Positions 1 through 9,268 of a DNA stretch of 64,000 bases are shown in pieces; position 1 is the first letter of the stretch; each line of letters opens with the position of its first letter. The DNA is from Alphaproteobacteria bacterium (GTDB lineage: Bacteria; Pseudomonadota; Alphaproteobacteria; CALKHQ01). A model generated the notes under the pieces. The model saw only the letters and a list, made by a program, of their open reading frames with translations. It was not told where the DNA came from and did not search any database. Made by a program: the position numbers and the translations under genes. The stretch covers positions 1,673,600 to 1,737,599 of the forward strand of contig CBDDFZ010000001.1 in the NCBI GenBank assembly GCA_965227515.1, written 5' to 3'.

Positions 1-1
1 G

Positions 2-946
2 ACCTACACCCAGGGCTGGGAAGGCTATGCCGCCGTCGCGTCCCACGACATGCAGACCTACCACCGGGTGCCGACGCGCTATGCCGACGGGGTGCTGGAG
101 ATCCAGCACACGCCGCTGAGCGACTGTGTGACCTACAGCTATTTCGCGCCATACAACCTGGTGCGCCATGCCGCCCTGGTCGCCGGTGCGGCGGCGGACG
201 AGGAGACGTCGCTCAGTGTGCTGGGCCAGACCGTCGACGGCCGCGACATCGACCTGCTGACCCTCGGCGCGCCGGCGGCGGGCAAGCGCGCGGTCTGGGC
301 CATCGCCCGCCAGCACCCCGGCGAGACCATGGCCGAATGGTGGATGGAGGGTTTTCTCGACCGGCTGATCAACCCCGCCGATCCGCTCGCCCGTGCGCTG
401 CGCCAGAAGGCGGTGTTCTATGTCGTGCCGAACATGAACCCGGACGGCAGCTTTCGCGGCCACCTGCGCACCAACGCCGCCGGGGTCAATCTGAACCGCG
501 CCTGGGCCGAGCCGAGCCCGGACACCAGCCCCGAGGTCTACTACGTGCGCGAGCACATGCGCCGCACCGGCGTCGACTTCTGCATCGATGTCCACGGCGA
601 CGAGGCGATCCCCTACAACTTCATCGCCGGCTCACATGGCATTCCGTCGTTGAAGGAGAAGCAGATCGACCTGCACGACCGGTTCTGCGCCGCGCTGGTG
701 CGCGCCAACCCGGACTTCCAGATCGAGCACGGCTATCCCAAGGCGCCGCCGGGCCGCGCCAACATGACCATGTCGACCAACCACATCGCCGAGGCGTTCG
801 ACTGCCTGGCGATGACCTTGGAGATGCCGTTCAAGGACGTGGCGGACGCGCCCAACCAGATGACGGGCTGGTCGCCGGAGCGCAGCGGCGTGCTCGGCCG
901 CGCCTGCCTGGACGCGCTGGCGGAGGTTATCGACGACCTGCGTTGA
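2..946 (+). CDS. M14 family zinc carboxypeptidase (5'-partial; reading frame open to window start)
   Basis: HxxE zinc motif 'HPGE' and downstream His in 'DVHGDE'; NPDG and NLNR motifs typical of the M14 carboxypeptidase fold. No stop upstream of first Met, so the N-terminus is outside the window. Confidence 0.7.
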   Translation, partial: TYTQGWEGYAAVASHDMQTYHRVPTRYADGVLEIQHTPLSDCVTYSYFAPYNLVRHAALVAGAAADEETSLSVLGQTVDGRDIDLLTLGAPAAGKRAVWAIARQHPGETMAEWWMEGFLDRLINPADPLARALRQKAVFYVVPNMNPDGSFRGHLRTNAAGVNLNRAWAEPSPDTSPEVYYVREHMRRTGVDFCIDVHGDEAIPYNFIAGSHGIPSLKEKQIDLHDRFCAALVRANPDFQIEHGYPKAPPGRANMTMSTNHIAEAFDCLAMTLEMPFKDVADAPNQMTGWSPERSGVLGRACLDALAEVIDDLR

Positions 947-974
947 TCGTGACCAGCTTGCGCTGACTTGGCAA

Positions 975-2756
975 TCAAACGCTAATACGCTTCGTCTCAC
1001 CGGACCCGATATCGGGCGTGCTGACCGGCGAGCCGTCGCCGACCGGGGCCAGCGTGCGCATCGCCTCGTACTGGGACAGGAACACCTGGCCGGTCATCTC
1101 GTCCAGGAAGTGGGTGCGCTTCAGCCGGTCCATCACCGGGCCCTTCACCTCCGACAGGTGGAGCTTGATCTCCATGTCCTTCAGCCGGTGGTTGATGGCC
1201 TCCAGCGATTCCAGCGCGCTCAAGTCGATCTCGTTGATCGCCGAGCACATCAGCACGATGTGGCGGGTCTCCGGCGCGGCCAGCACCCGGTCGTAGAGAT
1301 AGTCCTCCAGGAAGCGCGCGTTGGCGAAGTTCAGGCTCTCGTCGATGCGAAAGCTCAGCATGGCCGGGTCGGTCAGCACCCGGTGGCGCCGGATGTTGCG
1401 GAAGTGCTCGGTGTGCGGCACCAGCCCGACCTCGGCGATGTGCGGGCGAGAGGTGCGGTAGAGCGCGAGAAGGATCGAGATGATCACGCCGCCGGAGACG
1501 CCGACCTCGACCCCGAAGCCGAGGGTGAGCAGGATGGTGCCGGCGACCGCGGCGAAGTCGGGCTTGGAGTACCGCCAGGCCTGCTTCAGCACGCCGAAGT
1601 CGATCAGCGACAGCACGGCGACGATGATGGTGGCGGCCAGCGTCGCCTTCGGCAGGAAGAAGATCAGCGGCGTCAGCGCCACCGCGGCAATCGCGAGCCC
1701 AATTGCGGTGAAGGCGCCGGCGGCCGGAGTCTCGGCCCCGGCATCGAAATTGACCACCGAGCGCGCGAAGCCGCCGGTGACCGGATAGCCGCCGGTGAAG
1801 GCCGCGCCCAGATTGGCGGCACCCAGCCCGATCAGCTCCTGGTCCGGGTCAATGCGCTGGCGCTTGCGCGCGGCCAGCGTCTGCGCGACCGAGATCGATT
1901 CCACGAAGCCGATGATCGAGATCAGCAGGGCCGGCACGATCAGCGCCTCGATCAGGTCCAGCGAAACATCGGGCAGGGTGAAGGGCGGCAGGCTCTGCGG
2001 CACCGCGCCGACGATCTGCACGCCCTGGTCCGCGAGGTCGAAGGTGCCGACCGCAAGCGTGGTGACGACGACGGCGGCGACCGGGCCGGCCTTCGCCGCC
2101 ACGTCGGCCAGGCGCGGGCCGACGCCCAGGCGCCGCAGCAGCGGCTTCAGCCCCTTGCGCACCCAGAACAGGAACGCCGCCGAGACGATGCCGATGACCG
2201 CCGTGATCGGGTTGGTGTCGGCGATGTGCTCCACCAGCGACACCACCATCTCCCACAACGTGTGGCCGGACGCGTCGACGCCGAGCACGTGGCGGAGCTG
2301 GCTGGTCGCGATCAGCACGCCGGACGCGGTGATGAACCCGGCGATCACCGGGTGGGACAGGAAATTGGCCAGGAAACCCAGCCGCAGCACGCCCATCAGC
2401 ACCAGCATGGCGCCCGACAGCCCGGCGAGCGTCAGCGCGGCGACCGCATAGCCGGCGGTGCCGGCCGCCGCCACATTGCCGATGGCGGCCGCCGTCATCA
2501 GCGACACCACCGCCACCGGCCCCACCGCCAGCACGCGGCTGGTGCCGAACACCGCATAGAGCATGATCGGCAGGATCGAGGCGTAGATGCCCGCTTCCGG
2601 CGGCAGGCCGGCCAGCAGCGCATAGGCCAGCGACTGCGGGATCAGCATGATCGTCACGATCACGGCCGCGATCAGGTCGTTGCCCAGGGCCTGGCCGTTG
2701 TAGGTGCGGCCCCATTGCAGGATCGGCAGATATCGCGTCCAGCCGCGCGCGGTCAT
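975..2756 (-). CDS. SulP family sulfate/anion permease with C-terminal STAS domain
   Basis: Multi-TM core followed by STAS-like C-terminus. ORF-track start is TTG; first ATG (MTARGW...) is at 2756. Lies about 20-35 bp downstream of the sqr fusion on the same strand. Confidence 0.8.
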   Translation of the reverse strand: MTARGWTRYLPILQWGRTYNGQALGNDLIAAVIVTIMLIPQSLAYALLAGLPPEAGIYASILPIMLYAVFGTSRVLAVGPVAVVSLMTAAAIGNVAAAGTAGYAVAALTLAGLSGAMLVLMGVLRLGFLANFLSHPVIAGFITASGVLIATSQLRHVLGVDASGHTLWEMVVSLVEHIADTNPITAVIGIVSAAFLFWVRKGLKPLLRRLGVGPRLADVAAKAGPVAAVVVTTLAVGTFDLADQGVQIVGAVPQSLPPFTLPDVSLDLIEALIVPALLISIIGFVESISVAQTLAARKRQRIDPDQELIGLGAANLGAAFTGGYPVTGGFARSVVNFDAGAETPAAGAFTAIGLAIAAVALTPLIFFLPKATLAATIIVAVLSLIDFGVLKQAWRYSKPDFAAVAGTILLTLGFGVEVGVSGGVIISILLALYRTSRPHIAEVGLVPHTEHFRNIRRHRVLTDPAMLSFRIDESLNFANARFLEDYLYDRVLAAPETRHIVLMCSAINEIDLSALESLEAINHRLKDMEIKLHLSEVKGPVMDRLKRTHFLDEMTGQVFLSQYEAMRTLAPVGDGSPVSTPDIGSGETKRISV

Positions 2757-2790
2757 TGTGGCGTGGTCCAATGCTGTCGAGCCAAGGAGG

Positions 2791-4455
2791 TCAAATCCGC
2801 TCGGGCTTGGCCAGCCACTCGCGCCCGCGCAGCATCGCCTTCCAATAGATCGGCGGCAGCAGCTTCTCCTTCAGGAACCACGCCAGGCGGCTGGGCTTGG
2901 TGCCGTTGATCAGCCAACGCGGGAAGCTTGGCAGCAGCGTGCCGCCATAGCCGAACTCGGCCAGCACGATCTTGCCGCGCTCCACCGTCAGCGGGCAGGA
3001 GCCATAGCCGTCGTACTGCGCCACCGGCGAGCGGCCGTCGACATCGGCGATCAGGTTCTCCGCCACCGTCGGCGCCTGCTTGCGTGCGGCAGCCGCCGTC
3101 TTGGCATTGGGAGCATTCATCACGTCGCCCAGCGCCCAGATGTTCTCGAACGACTTGTGGCGCAGGGTCGCCTGGTCGACATCGACCCAGCCGGCAGCGT
3201 CCGCCAGCGGCGACACCCGGATGAAGTCCGGCGCGGTCTGCGGCGGGCAGACGTGCATCATGTCGAACTCGACCTCGACGCGCTCCACCGGCGTGTCCGG
3301 CTTGGCGACGTCGAACCATGCCTTGCCGGCCGGGCCGTCCACCGCCACCAGGTTGTTGAAGAATTCCAGCTTGGCGCCGTAGCGGTCGATATAGCTCTGT
3401 AGCGCCGGCACGTAGTCTTTCACGCCGAACAGCACGCCGCCGGCATTGTGGAAGTGGATGTCGATGTTGTTGAGCACGCCGTTGCGCCGCCAGTGGTCGG
3501 CCGAGAGGTAGAGCGCCTTCTGCGGCGCGCCGGCGCACTTGATCGGCATCGGCGGCTGGGTGAACAGCGCGCGCCCCTTCTTCAGCCCCTGCACCAGTTG
3601 CCAGGTATAGGGCGCCAGATCGTAGCGGTAGTTGGAGGTGACGCCGTTGCGGCCCAGGGTCTCGACCAGGCCTTCCACCTTGTGCCAGTCGAGCTTCAGG
3701 CCGGGGCAGACCACCAGGCGCTGGTATTTCACCACCCGGCAGCCATCCAGGATGACGGCGTTGTTCTGCGGCTCGAAAGCGGCCACCGCCGCCTTCAGCC
3801 AATGCACGCCGTTGGGGATCAGCAAGGCCATGGTGCGGGCGGTGTCGCCGGCGTCGAAGATGCCGCCGCCGACCATGGTCCAGCCCGGCTGGTAGTAGTG
3901 CACGTCGGCGGGGTCGATGATGGCGATATCGAGCGAGGGCCGGCGCGCGCGCAGGCTGGCGGCGACGGAGATGCCCGCGGCACCGCCGCCGACCACCACA
4001 ACGTCGAACGACGCATCCGGCCGGTCGGTCGGTGTCTTGCCGCCATTGGAGATGCGCCGCGCCACGCCGCTCATGTCGTAGCCGGCGCGCTTGGCGGCGG
4101 CCAGGATGTCGGCCAGCGCCATCCGGTCGGCCTGGGCCAGCGACCACAGGGTTGTCGAGCGGGTGCCGGACCGGCAATAGGCCAGCACCGGCTTCGGCAA
4201 TGACTGCAGCGCATCGCCGAACGCCTGGGCGTCGTCGTCGCCTACCTTGCCGGAGACTATGGGGATGTAGCGTGCCTCCATCCCCGCCTTTTTCGCTGCC
4301 TCTTCGATTTCCTCGAAATTGGGCTGGTCCGGCCCCTCGCCATCGGGCCGGTTGCAGATGACCGCCCGGAAGCCCTGTTCGGCGAGTGCTGCCACGTCGT
4401 CGACGGCGATCTGGCCGCTGACCGACAGCTCGTTCGAGATCTTCTTCACGTCCAT
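2791..4455 (-). CDS. sqr: Bifunctional DUF442/TIGR01244 sulfurtransferase domain fused to type II sulfide:quinone oxidoreductase (FAD-dependent)
   Basis: N-terminal ~150 aa carries a rhodanese-type loop 'CRSGTRS'. It is followed by a Rossmann 'VVVVGGGAAGISVAASL' FAD/NAD-binding disulfide oxidoreductase typical of SQR. Start refined to ATG 4455 (MDVKKISNE) with GGAGGA RBS 7 nt upstream; the ORF-track N-extension is rejected. Confidence 0.75.
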   Translation of the reverse strand: MDVKKISNELSVSGQIAVDDVAALAEQGFRAVICNRPDGEGPDQPNFEEIEEAAKKAGMEARYIPIVSGKVGDDDAQAFGDALQSLPKPVLAYCRSGTRSTTLWSLAQADRMALADILAAAKRAGYDMSGVARRISNGGKTPTDRPDASFDVVVVGGGAAGISVAASLRARRPSLDIAIIDPADVHYYQPGWTMVGGGIFDAGDTARTMALLIPNGVHWLKAAVAAFEPQNNAVILDGCRVVKYQRLVVCPGLKLDWHKVEGLVETLGRNGVTSNYRYDLAPYTWQLVQGLKKGRALFTQPPMPIKCAGAPQKALYLSADHWRRNGVLNNIDIHFHNAGGVLFGVKDYVPALQSYIDRYGAKLEFFNNLVAVDGPAGKAWFDVAKPDTPVERVEVEFDMMHVCPPQTAPDFIRVSPLADAAGWVDVDQATLRHKSFENIWALGDVMNAPNAKTAAAARKQAPTVAENLIADVDGRSPVAQYDGYGSCPLTVERGKIVLAEFGYGGTLLPSFPRWLINGTKPSRLAWFLKEKLLPPIYWKAMLRGREWLAKPERI

Positions 4456-4522
4456 GACGATTCCTCCCGTATCCAACTGCCCGTATCCAACTGCCCGTAT
4501 CCAACTGCCTGTGTCCGACGGC

Positions 4523-5407
4523 TCAGAGGCCGTTGATCGGCAGCTTGAGCATCTGCCGGCCGCTGGGATCGGTGGGGATATCGCCGGCACGCATGTTGAC
4601 CTGCAGCGACGGCAGGATCAGGCGCGGCATGTCCAGGGTGGCGTCACGCGCGGTACGGAACTTGACGAACTCCTCGCGTGTCTTGCCGCCACCGACATGG
4701 ATGTTCTTGGCCTTCTCGGCGCCGACCGTGGTCTCCCATTCGATGTCGCGGCCGTCGGCGCCGTAGTCGTGGCACATGAACAGGCGGGTCTCGTCCGGCA
4801 GCGCCAGCACCTTCTGGATCGAATCGTAGAGGGTGCCGGCATCGCCGCCCGGAAAGTCGGCGCGTGCGGAGCCCGCATCGGGCATGAACAGGGTGTCGCC
4901 GACGAACGCGGCATCGCCGATCACGTGGACCATGCATGCCGGGGTGTGGCCGGGGGTGTGCATGGCGAACCCGGTCATGCCGCCGATGGTGTAGGTGTCG
5001 CCGTCCTTGAACAGGGCGTCGAATTGGCTGCCGTCGCGCTTGAACTCGGTCCCTTCGTTGAAGAACTTGCCGAAGGTCTCCTGCACCACGACGATCTTGT
5101 CGCCGATGCCGATCTTGCCGCCCAGCTTGGCCTGGATGTACGGCGCGGCGGACAGGTGGTCGGCGTGGACGTGGGTCTCGATGATCCACTCCAGCTTCAG
5201 GCCACGGTCGGTGATGTCGGCGATGATCTCGTCGGCGTGCTCGAAGCTGATGCGGCCGGCGGCATAGTCCAGGTCCATCACCGAATCGACGACCGCGCAG
5301 GACGACGAGCCGGGGTCCTTGACCACATAGCTGATGGTGTTGGTGTCCGGCTCGAAGAACGCCTTGACGTCCGGCTTCACGGAAATGTCGACGGGATATT
5401 GTGTCAT
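4523..5407 (-). CDS. pdo: Persulfide dioxygenase (ETHE1-like MBL-fold)
   Basis: Metallo-beta-lactamase 'HVHADH' motif and a C-terminal region typical of sulfur dioxygenases. Start refined to ATG 5407 (MTQYPVD) with GGAGGA RBS. Confidence 0.75.
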   Translation of the reverse strand: MTQYPVDISVKPDVKAFFEPDTNTISYVVKDPGSSSCAVVDSVMDLDYAAGRISFEHADEIIADITDRGLKLEWIIETHVHADHLSAAPYIQAKLGGKIGIGDKIVVVQETFGKFFNEGTEFKRDGSQFDALFKDGDTYTIGGMTGFAMHTPGHTPACMVHVIGDAAFVGDTLFMPDAGSARADFPGGDAGTLYDSIQKVLALPDETRLFMCHDYGADGRDIEWETTVGAEKAKNIHVGGGKTREEFVKFRTARDATLDMPRLILPSLQVNMRAGDIPTDPSGRQMLKLPINGL

Positions 5408-5527
5408 TGCTTCCTCCGGTTGGCGGGATTTGCGCCAACCGTAGAGCAATGTCACGCACCGATCAGTGATCTAGTCACGGAAGGTGGAACGTCGGTGACT
5501 AGATCGGGATCAGCTTACGCTGAATCT

Positions 5528-5604
5528 GCGCCGGCCCTCTCCCCCACCCGGCCACCCAGCAGGATACTGTCGTTGGGCGGCCGGGTGGGGGAGAGGGCCG
5601 GTGC
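5528..5604. repeat. REP-like palindromic element, family A copy 1 (GCGCCGGCCCTCTCCCCCACCCGGCC ... GGCCGGGTGGGGGAGAGGGCCGGTGC)
   Basis: About 26-bp inverted arms around a short AT-containing loop; near-identical copy at 18608..18700. Confidence 0.85.
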
Positions 5605-5623
5605 CGACTTAAATGATCATGCT

Positions 5624-6286
5624 CTAGTGTCCCGCGTGGGCCAGTTCGCCGAGCGACGTCTCGTCGGTGATGGTGACCATACCGCGGGTCTGGTTCAGCC
5701 AGCCGCGGCGATGGAACTCCTGCAACTGGCGCGACACCACCTCGCGCGCGGTGCCGAGTTCGGAGGCGAGCTGCTGGTGGGTCGCCGCCACCTGGTGCGC
5801 CGGCGTCTGCAACTCCAACAGCTTCTGGGCCAGGCGGATGTCCATGCGCCGGAACGCCACTTCCTCGATCACCAGAAACAGGTCGGTGATGCGCTTGGAG
5901 TAGGCGGAGAAGACGAAGCGGCGGAACACCTCCGACGACGCGACCAACTGGTCGAACACCCGGCGCGGAATGGCGACCGCCTCGACATCGGTCTCGGTGA
6001 TGCCTTCGGCCAGATAGTCCTCATAGGCCAGCAGGCAGGCCGTGGTCAGCACGCAGCTTTCGCCCGCATGCACCCGGTAGAGCACGATCTCGCGCCCGCT
6101 CTCCGACACCTGCTGCACCCGCACCGTGCCGTCGAGCAGCAGCAGCATGTTTTCCGGCGCCTTGCCGGGCCCGAAGATGACGGTGCCTTTCGGCACCGAT
6201 ACCACGGCGCTCTCGCCCACCAGCAGGTCGCGGATCTCCGGCTTCAGGCTGGCCAGTCCGGGGAAGTTGGCGATCCACTCCGTCAT
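5624..6286 (-). CDS. Crp/Fnr family transcriptional regulator
   Basis: cNMP-binding-like N-domain and C-terminal HTH ('TRGMVTITD' wing) typical of Crp/Fnr; no N-terminal Cys cluster, so not an oxygen-sensing Fnr. Confidence 0.8.
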   Translation of the reverse strand: MTEWIANFPGLASLKPEIRDLLVGESAVVSVPKGTVIFGPGKAPENMLLLLDGTVRVQQVSESGREIVLYRVHAGESCVLTTACLLAYEDYLAEGITETDVEAVAIPRRVFDQLVASSEVFRRFVFSAYSKRITDLFLVIEEVAFRRMDIRLAQKLLELQTPAHQVAATHQQLASELGTAREVVSRQLQEFHRRGWLNQTRGMVTITDETSLGELAHAGH

Positions 6287-6295
6287 GGCGGCATC

Positions 6296-7753
6296 CTACG
6301 CCGAATTGCCGCCGCGCGTATCGCCTGTGATGTCCCTGTACAGCGCGTCGTAGGCGAGGGCGGATTGGTCCCAGCCCACCGGATGCGCCATCGCGCGGCG
6401 CTGCATGGTGCGCCACGCCTTGGCATCGGCGAAGACGTCGCAGGCGGTGGCCAGCGCCTGGGCCAGCGCATCGGCCGTCACCGGTGCGAACTGGAAGCCG
6501 GTGGCGACACCAGCCCGCATGGCGGCGTCGTTGGCGTCGATCACGGTGTCGGCCAGCCCGCCGGTGCGCGCCACGACCGGCAACGTGCCATAGCGCAGCC
6601 CATAGAGCTGGGTCAGGCCGCACGGCTCGAAACGGGACGGCACGACGATGGCGTCGGCGCCCGCCTGCATCAGGTGCGACAGCGCCTCGTCATAGCCGAT
6701 GCGCACGCCCAGCCGCTCCGGCATGCGGCGGCGTGCGCCCATGAAGGCATCCTCCAGGGCGGTGTCGCCGGCCCCCAGCAGCACCAGGCTGGCGCGCTCC
6801 AACAGCGCGGGCAGGGCCTCCAGCAGCAGGTCCAGGCCCTTCTGCGCGGTCATCCGGCTGACCACGCAGAACAGCGGGCGGTCGGGGCAGGGCGCGATCT
6901 CGAACGCGCTGGCCAGGGCGGCCTTGTTCTTCGCCTTGCCTGATATCGCCCGCGCGGAATAGCTGGCGGCGATGTGCGGGTCGGCGGCCGGGTTCCACAC
7001 GTCCAGGTCGATGCCGTTCAGGATGCCGCTGAGGTCGCCGGCCCGCCCGCGCAGCACCCCGTCCATCCCCATGCCGAACGCGGGCGTCATCAGCTCGCGC
7101 GCGTAGGTGGGGCTCACGGTCGTCAGCCGGTCGGCATAAACCAGACCCGCCTTCAGCATGCTGACCTGGCCGTAGTATTCCAGGCCCTCCGGCGTGAACA
7201 TGGCGGCCGGAATGTCCAGGGCGGACAGCGTCTCGGCCGGAAACAGCCCCTGGAAGGCGACGTTGTGGATGGAGATCACGGACGGGATCGCCGGACCCTT
7301 GGCGCCGCGCAGATAGGCCGGCACCAGGCCCGCCTGCCAGTCGTGGCAGTGGACAAGGTCGGGCCGCCAGCCGTCCGCCCCCTTTGTCGCGATGTCCGTC
7401 GCCACCCGGCAGAGCGCGCCATAGCGCAAATGGTTGTCCGGCCAGTCGCGCCCGTCCGGCCCCAGATAGGGGTTGCCCGGCCGGTCGAACAGGTGCGGCG
7501 CATCCAGCAGCAGCAGGTCCAGTCCGGCCGTCTTGCCCGCCAGCACGTTCGCCTTGCCGCCAAAAAGGGCCTTGTAGCTGGCCGCCGGCGTTGCGTCCGA
7601 CAGCTTGCCGGCGAGCCCCCGATAGGCCGGCAGCAGCACCCGCACCTCGTGGCCCAGGGTGGCGAGCGCCTGTGGCAGCGCGCCGACGACATCGGCCAGC
7701 CCGCCGGTCTTGACCAGCGGCGCGCACTCCGACGCCACGAACAGGATGCGCAT
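6296..7753 (-). CDS. glgA: Glycogen synthase
   Basis: N-terminus 'MRILFVASECAPLVKTGGLADVVGALP' is diagnostic for bacterial GlgA; length 485 aa. Confidence 0.92.
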   Translation of the reverse strand: MRILFVASECAPLVKTGGLADVVGALPQALATLGHEVRVLLPAYRGLAGKLSDATPAASYKALFGGKANVLAGKTAGLDLLLLDAPHLFDRPGNPYLGPDGRDWPDNHLRYGALCRVATDIATKGADGWRPDLVHCHDWQAGLVPAYLRGAKGPAIPSVISIHNVAFQGLFPAETLSALDIPAAMFTPEGLEYYGQVSMLKAGLVYADRLTTVSPTYARELMTPAFGMGMDGVLRGRAGDLSGILNGIDLDVWNPAADPHIAASYSARAISGKAKNKAALASAFEIAPCPDRPLFCVVSRMTAQKGLDLLLEALPALLERASLVLLGAGDTALEDAFMGARRRMPERLGVRIGYDEALSHLMQAGADAIVVPSRFEPCGLTQLYGLRYGTLPVVARTGGLADTVIDANDAAMRAGVATGFQFAPVTADALAQALATACDVFADAKAWRTMQRRAMAHPVGWDQSALAYDALYRDITGDTRGGNSA

Positions 7754-7756
7754 CGT

Positions 7757-9025
7757 CTACAGGCTGAGCTTGTCGATCATCGGCTGGGTGATCAGGCAGA
7801 TGCCGCCCTCGCTGATCCGGAACCGCTTGCCGTCGAGTTCAGGATCCTCGCCGACCACCAGCCCCTCCGGGATCTCCACGCCGCGGTCGAGGATGACGTT
7901 GGTCAGCCGCGCGTTGCGGTTCACCACGCAGTCCGGCAGCGCGACGACGCCGTTCAGCTCGCTGTAGGAATGGCAGCGCACATTGGTGAACAGCAGGCAC
8001 TCGCGCAGCGACGAGCCGGAGATGACGCACCCGCCGGAGACCATGGAACTGACCGCCATGCCGCGCCGATCCTCCTCGTCGTGGATGAACTTGGCCGGCG
8101 GCGTGATCTCGGCATAGGTCCAGATCGGCCAGTCCTTGTCGTAGAGGTCGAGCTCCGGCGTAAAGTCGGTCAGGTCCTTGTTCGCCTGCCAGAAATTGTC
8201 CAGCGTGCCGACATCGCGCCAGTACGGTTCCGACTCGTCATCGCTGGTGACGCAGGACTGGGAGAAGCGGTGGGCGACGGCGCCGCCGCTCTCGACCAGC
8301 TTCGGGATGATGTTGCGGCCGAAATCGTGGGCGGATGCGGCATCGTCCATGTCTTCCAGCAGAACCTGGATCAACAGCTTGGTCTCGAACACGTAGATGC
8401 CCATGCTGGCCAGCGCCATGTCGGGCTTGTCCGGCATGCCGGGCGGATCGGCCGGCTTCTCCACGAAGTCGACGATGCGATCGGTCGTGTCGATCTTCAT
8501 GACGCCGAAGCCGGTCGCCTCCATGCGCGGCACTTCCAGGCAGCCCACGGTGACGGCCGCGCCGGAGTCGACGTGCTGCTGCAGCATCACCTCGTAGTCC
8601 ATCTTGTAGACGTGGTCGCCGGCCAGCACGACGATGTACTTCGGCTCGTAGCTCTCGATGATGTCGATGTTCTGGGTCACCGCGTCGGCAGTGCCCAGAT
8701 ACCAGCGGTTCTCGTCGACGCGCTGCGAGGCGGGCAGGATGTCCAGCATCTCGTTGCGCTCGGCCCGGAAGAAGCTCCAGCCCCGCTGCAGATGGCGGAC
8801 CAGGCTGTGCGCCTTGTACTGGGTGGCGACACAGATGCGGCGGATGCCCGAATTGACCGCGTTCGACAGGGCGAAATCGATGATGCGGCTCTTGCCGCCG
8901 AAATAGACGGCCGGTTTCGCGCGCTTGTCGGTGAGTTCCAGCAGCCGGCTGCCGCGCCCGCCGGCCAGGACAAACGCCATGGTATCGCGCGCCAGAATGC
9001 GCGGGGTGGACAGTTGTCTGGGCAT
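7757..9025 (-). CDS. glgC: Glucose-1-phosphate adenylyltransferase
   Basis: '[44 protein letters not shown]' signature. Start refined to ATG 9025 ([23 protein letters not shown]) with GGAGGAG RBS; the 493-aa ORF-track version includes upstream junk. Confidence 0.9.
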   Translation of the reverse strand: MPRQLSTPRILARDTMAFVLAGGRGSRLLELTDKRAKPAVYFGGKSRIIDFALSNAVNSGIRRICVATQYKAHSLVRHLQRGWSFFRAERNEMLDILPASQRVDENRWYLGTADAVTQNIDIIESYEPKYIVVLAGDHVYKMDYEVMLQQHVDSGAAVTVGCLEVPRMEATGFGVMKIDTTDRIVDFVEKPADPPGMPDKPDMALASMGIYVFETKLLIQVLLEDMDDAASAHDFGRNIIPKLVESGGAVAHRFSQSCVTSDDESEPYWRDVGTLDNFWQANKDLTDFTPELDLYDKDWPIWTYAEITPPAKFIHDEEDRRGMAVSSMVSGGCVISGSSLRECLLFTNVRCHSYSELNGVVALPDCVVNRNARLTNVILDRGVEIPEGLVVGEDPELDGKRFRISEGGICLITQPMIDKLSL

Positions 9026-9268
9026 GGTCCCGATCTCCTCCCGTTCGCCTCCGTGTCGCACCCATTGTAGGGCGTGTGCCGTGGCGCGCCAGCCGTGTCT
9101 CCGCCGCCTTGCGTTTTTCGTGGCTGCCATTCGATGGCGACGCATGGTCGCTTGCAATGGCCGGCTCCGCGGGCCTGCGTTATTGTTGCGCCGAACCGGG
9201 CCGCGCCACCACCATGGACTGGCACAAGGCCCCGGCACAAATCAGCTATTACAGGGATTTTTCGGGAC

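Noticed and set aside
1110-2909. 599-aa plus-strand ORF
   Set aside because: Antisense to the SulP gene; Arg/Ala/Gly/Gln/His/Asp-dominated translation typical of shadow ORFs in high-GC DNA; no homology signal.
4319-6943. 874-aa plus-strand ORF spanning pdo, crp and glgA regions
   Set aside because: Runs antisense through three well-supported minus-strand genes and a REP element; composition artefact.
6974-9070. 698-aa plus-strand ORF
   Set aside because: Antisense to glgA/glgC; low-complexity Arg/Ala/Gly-rich translation.
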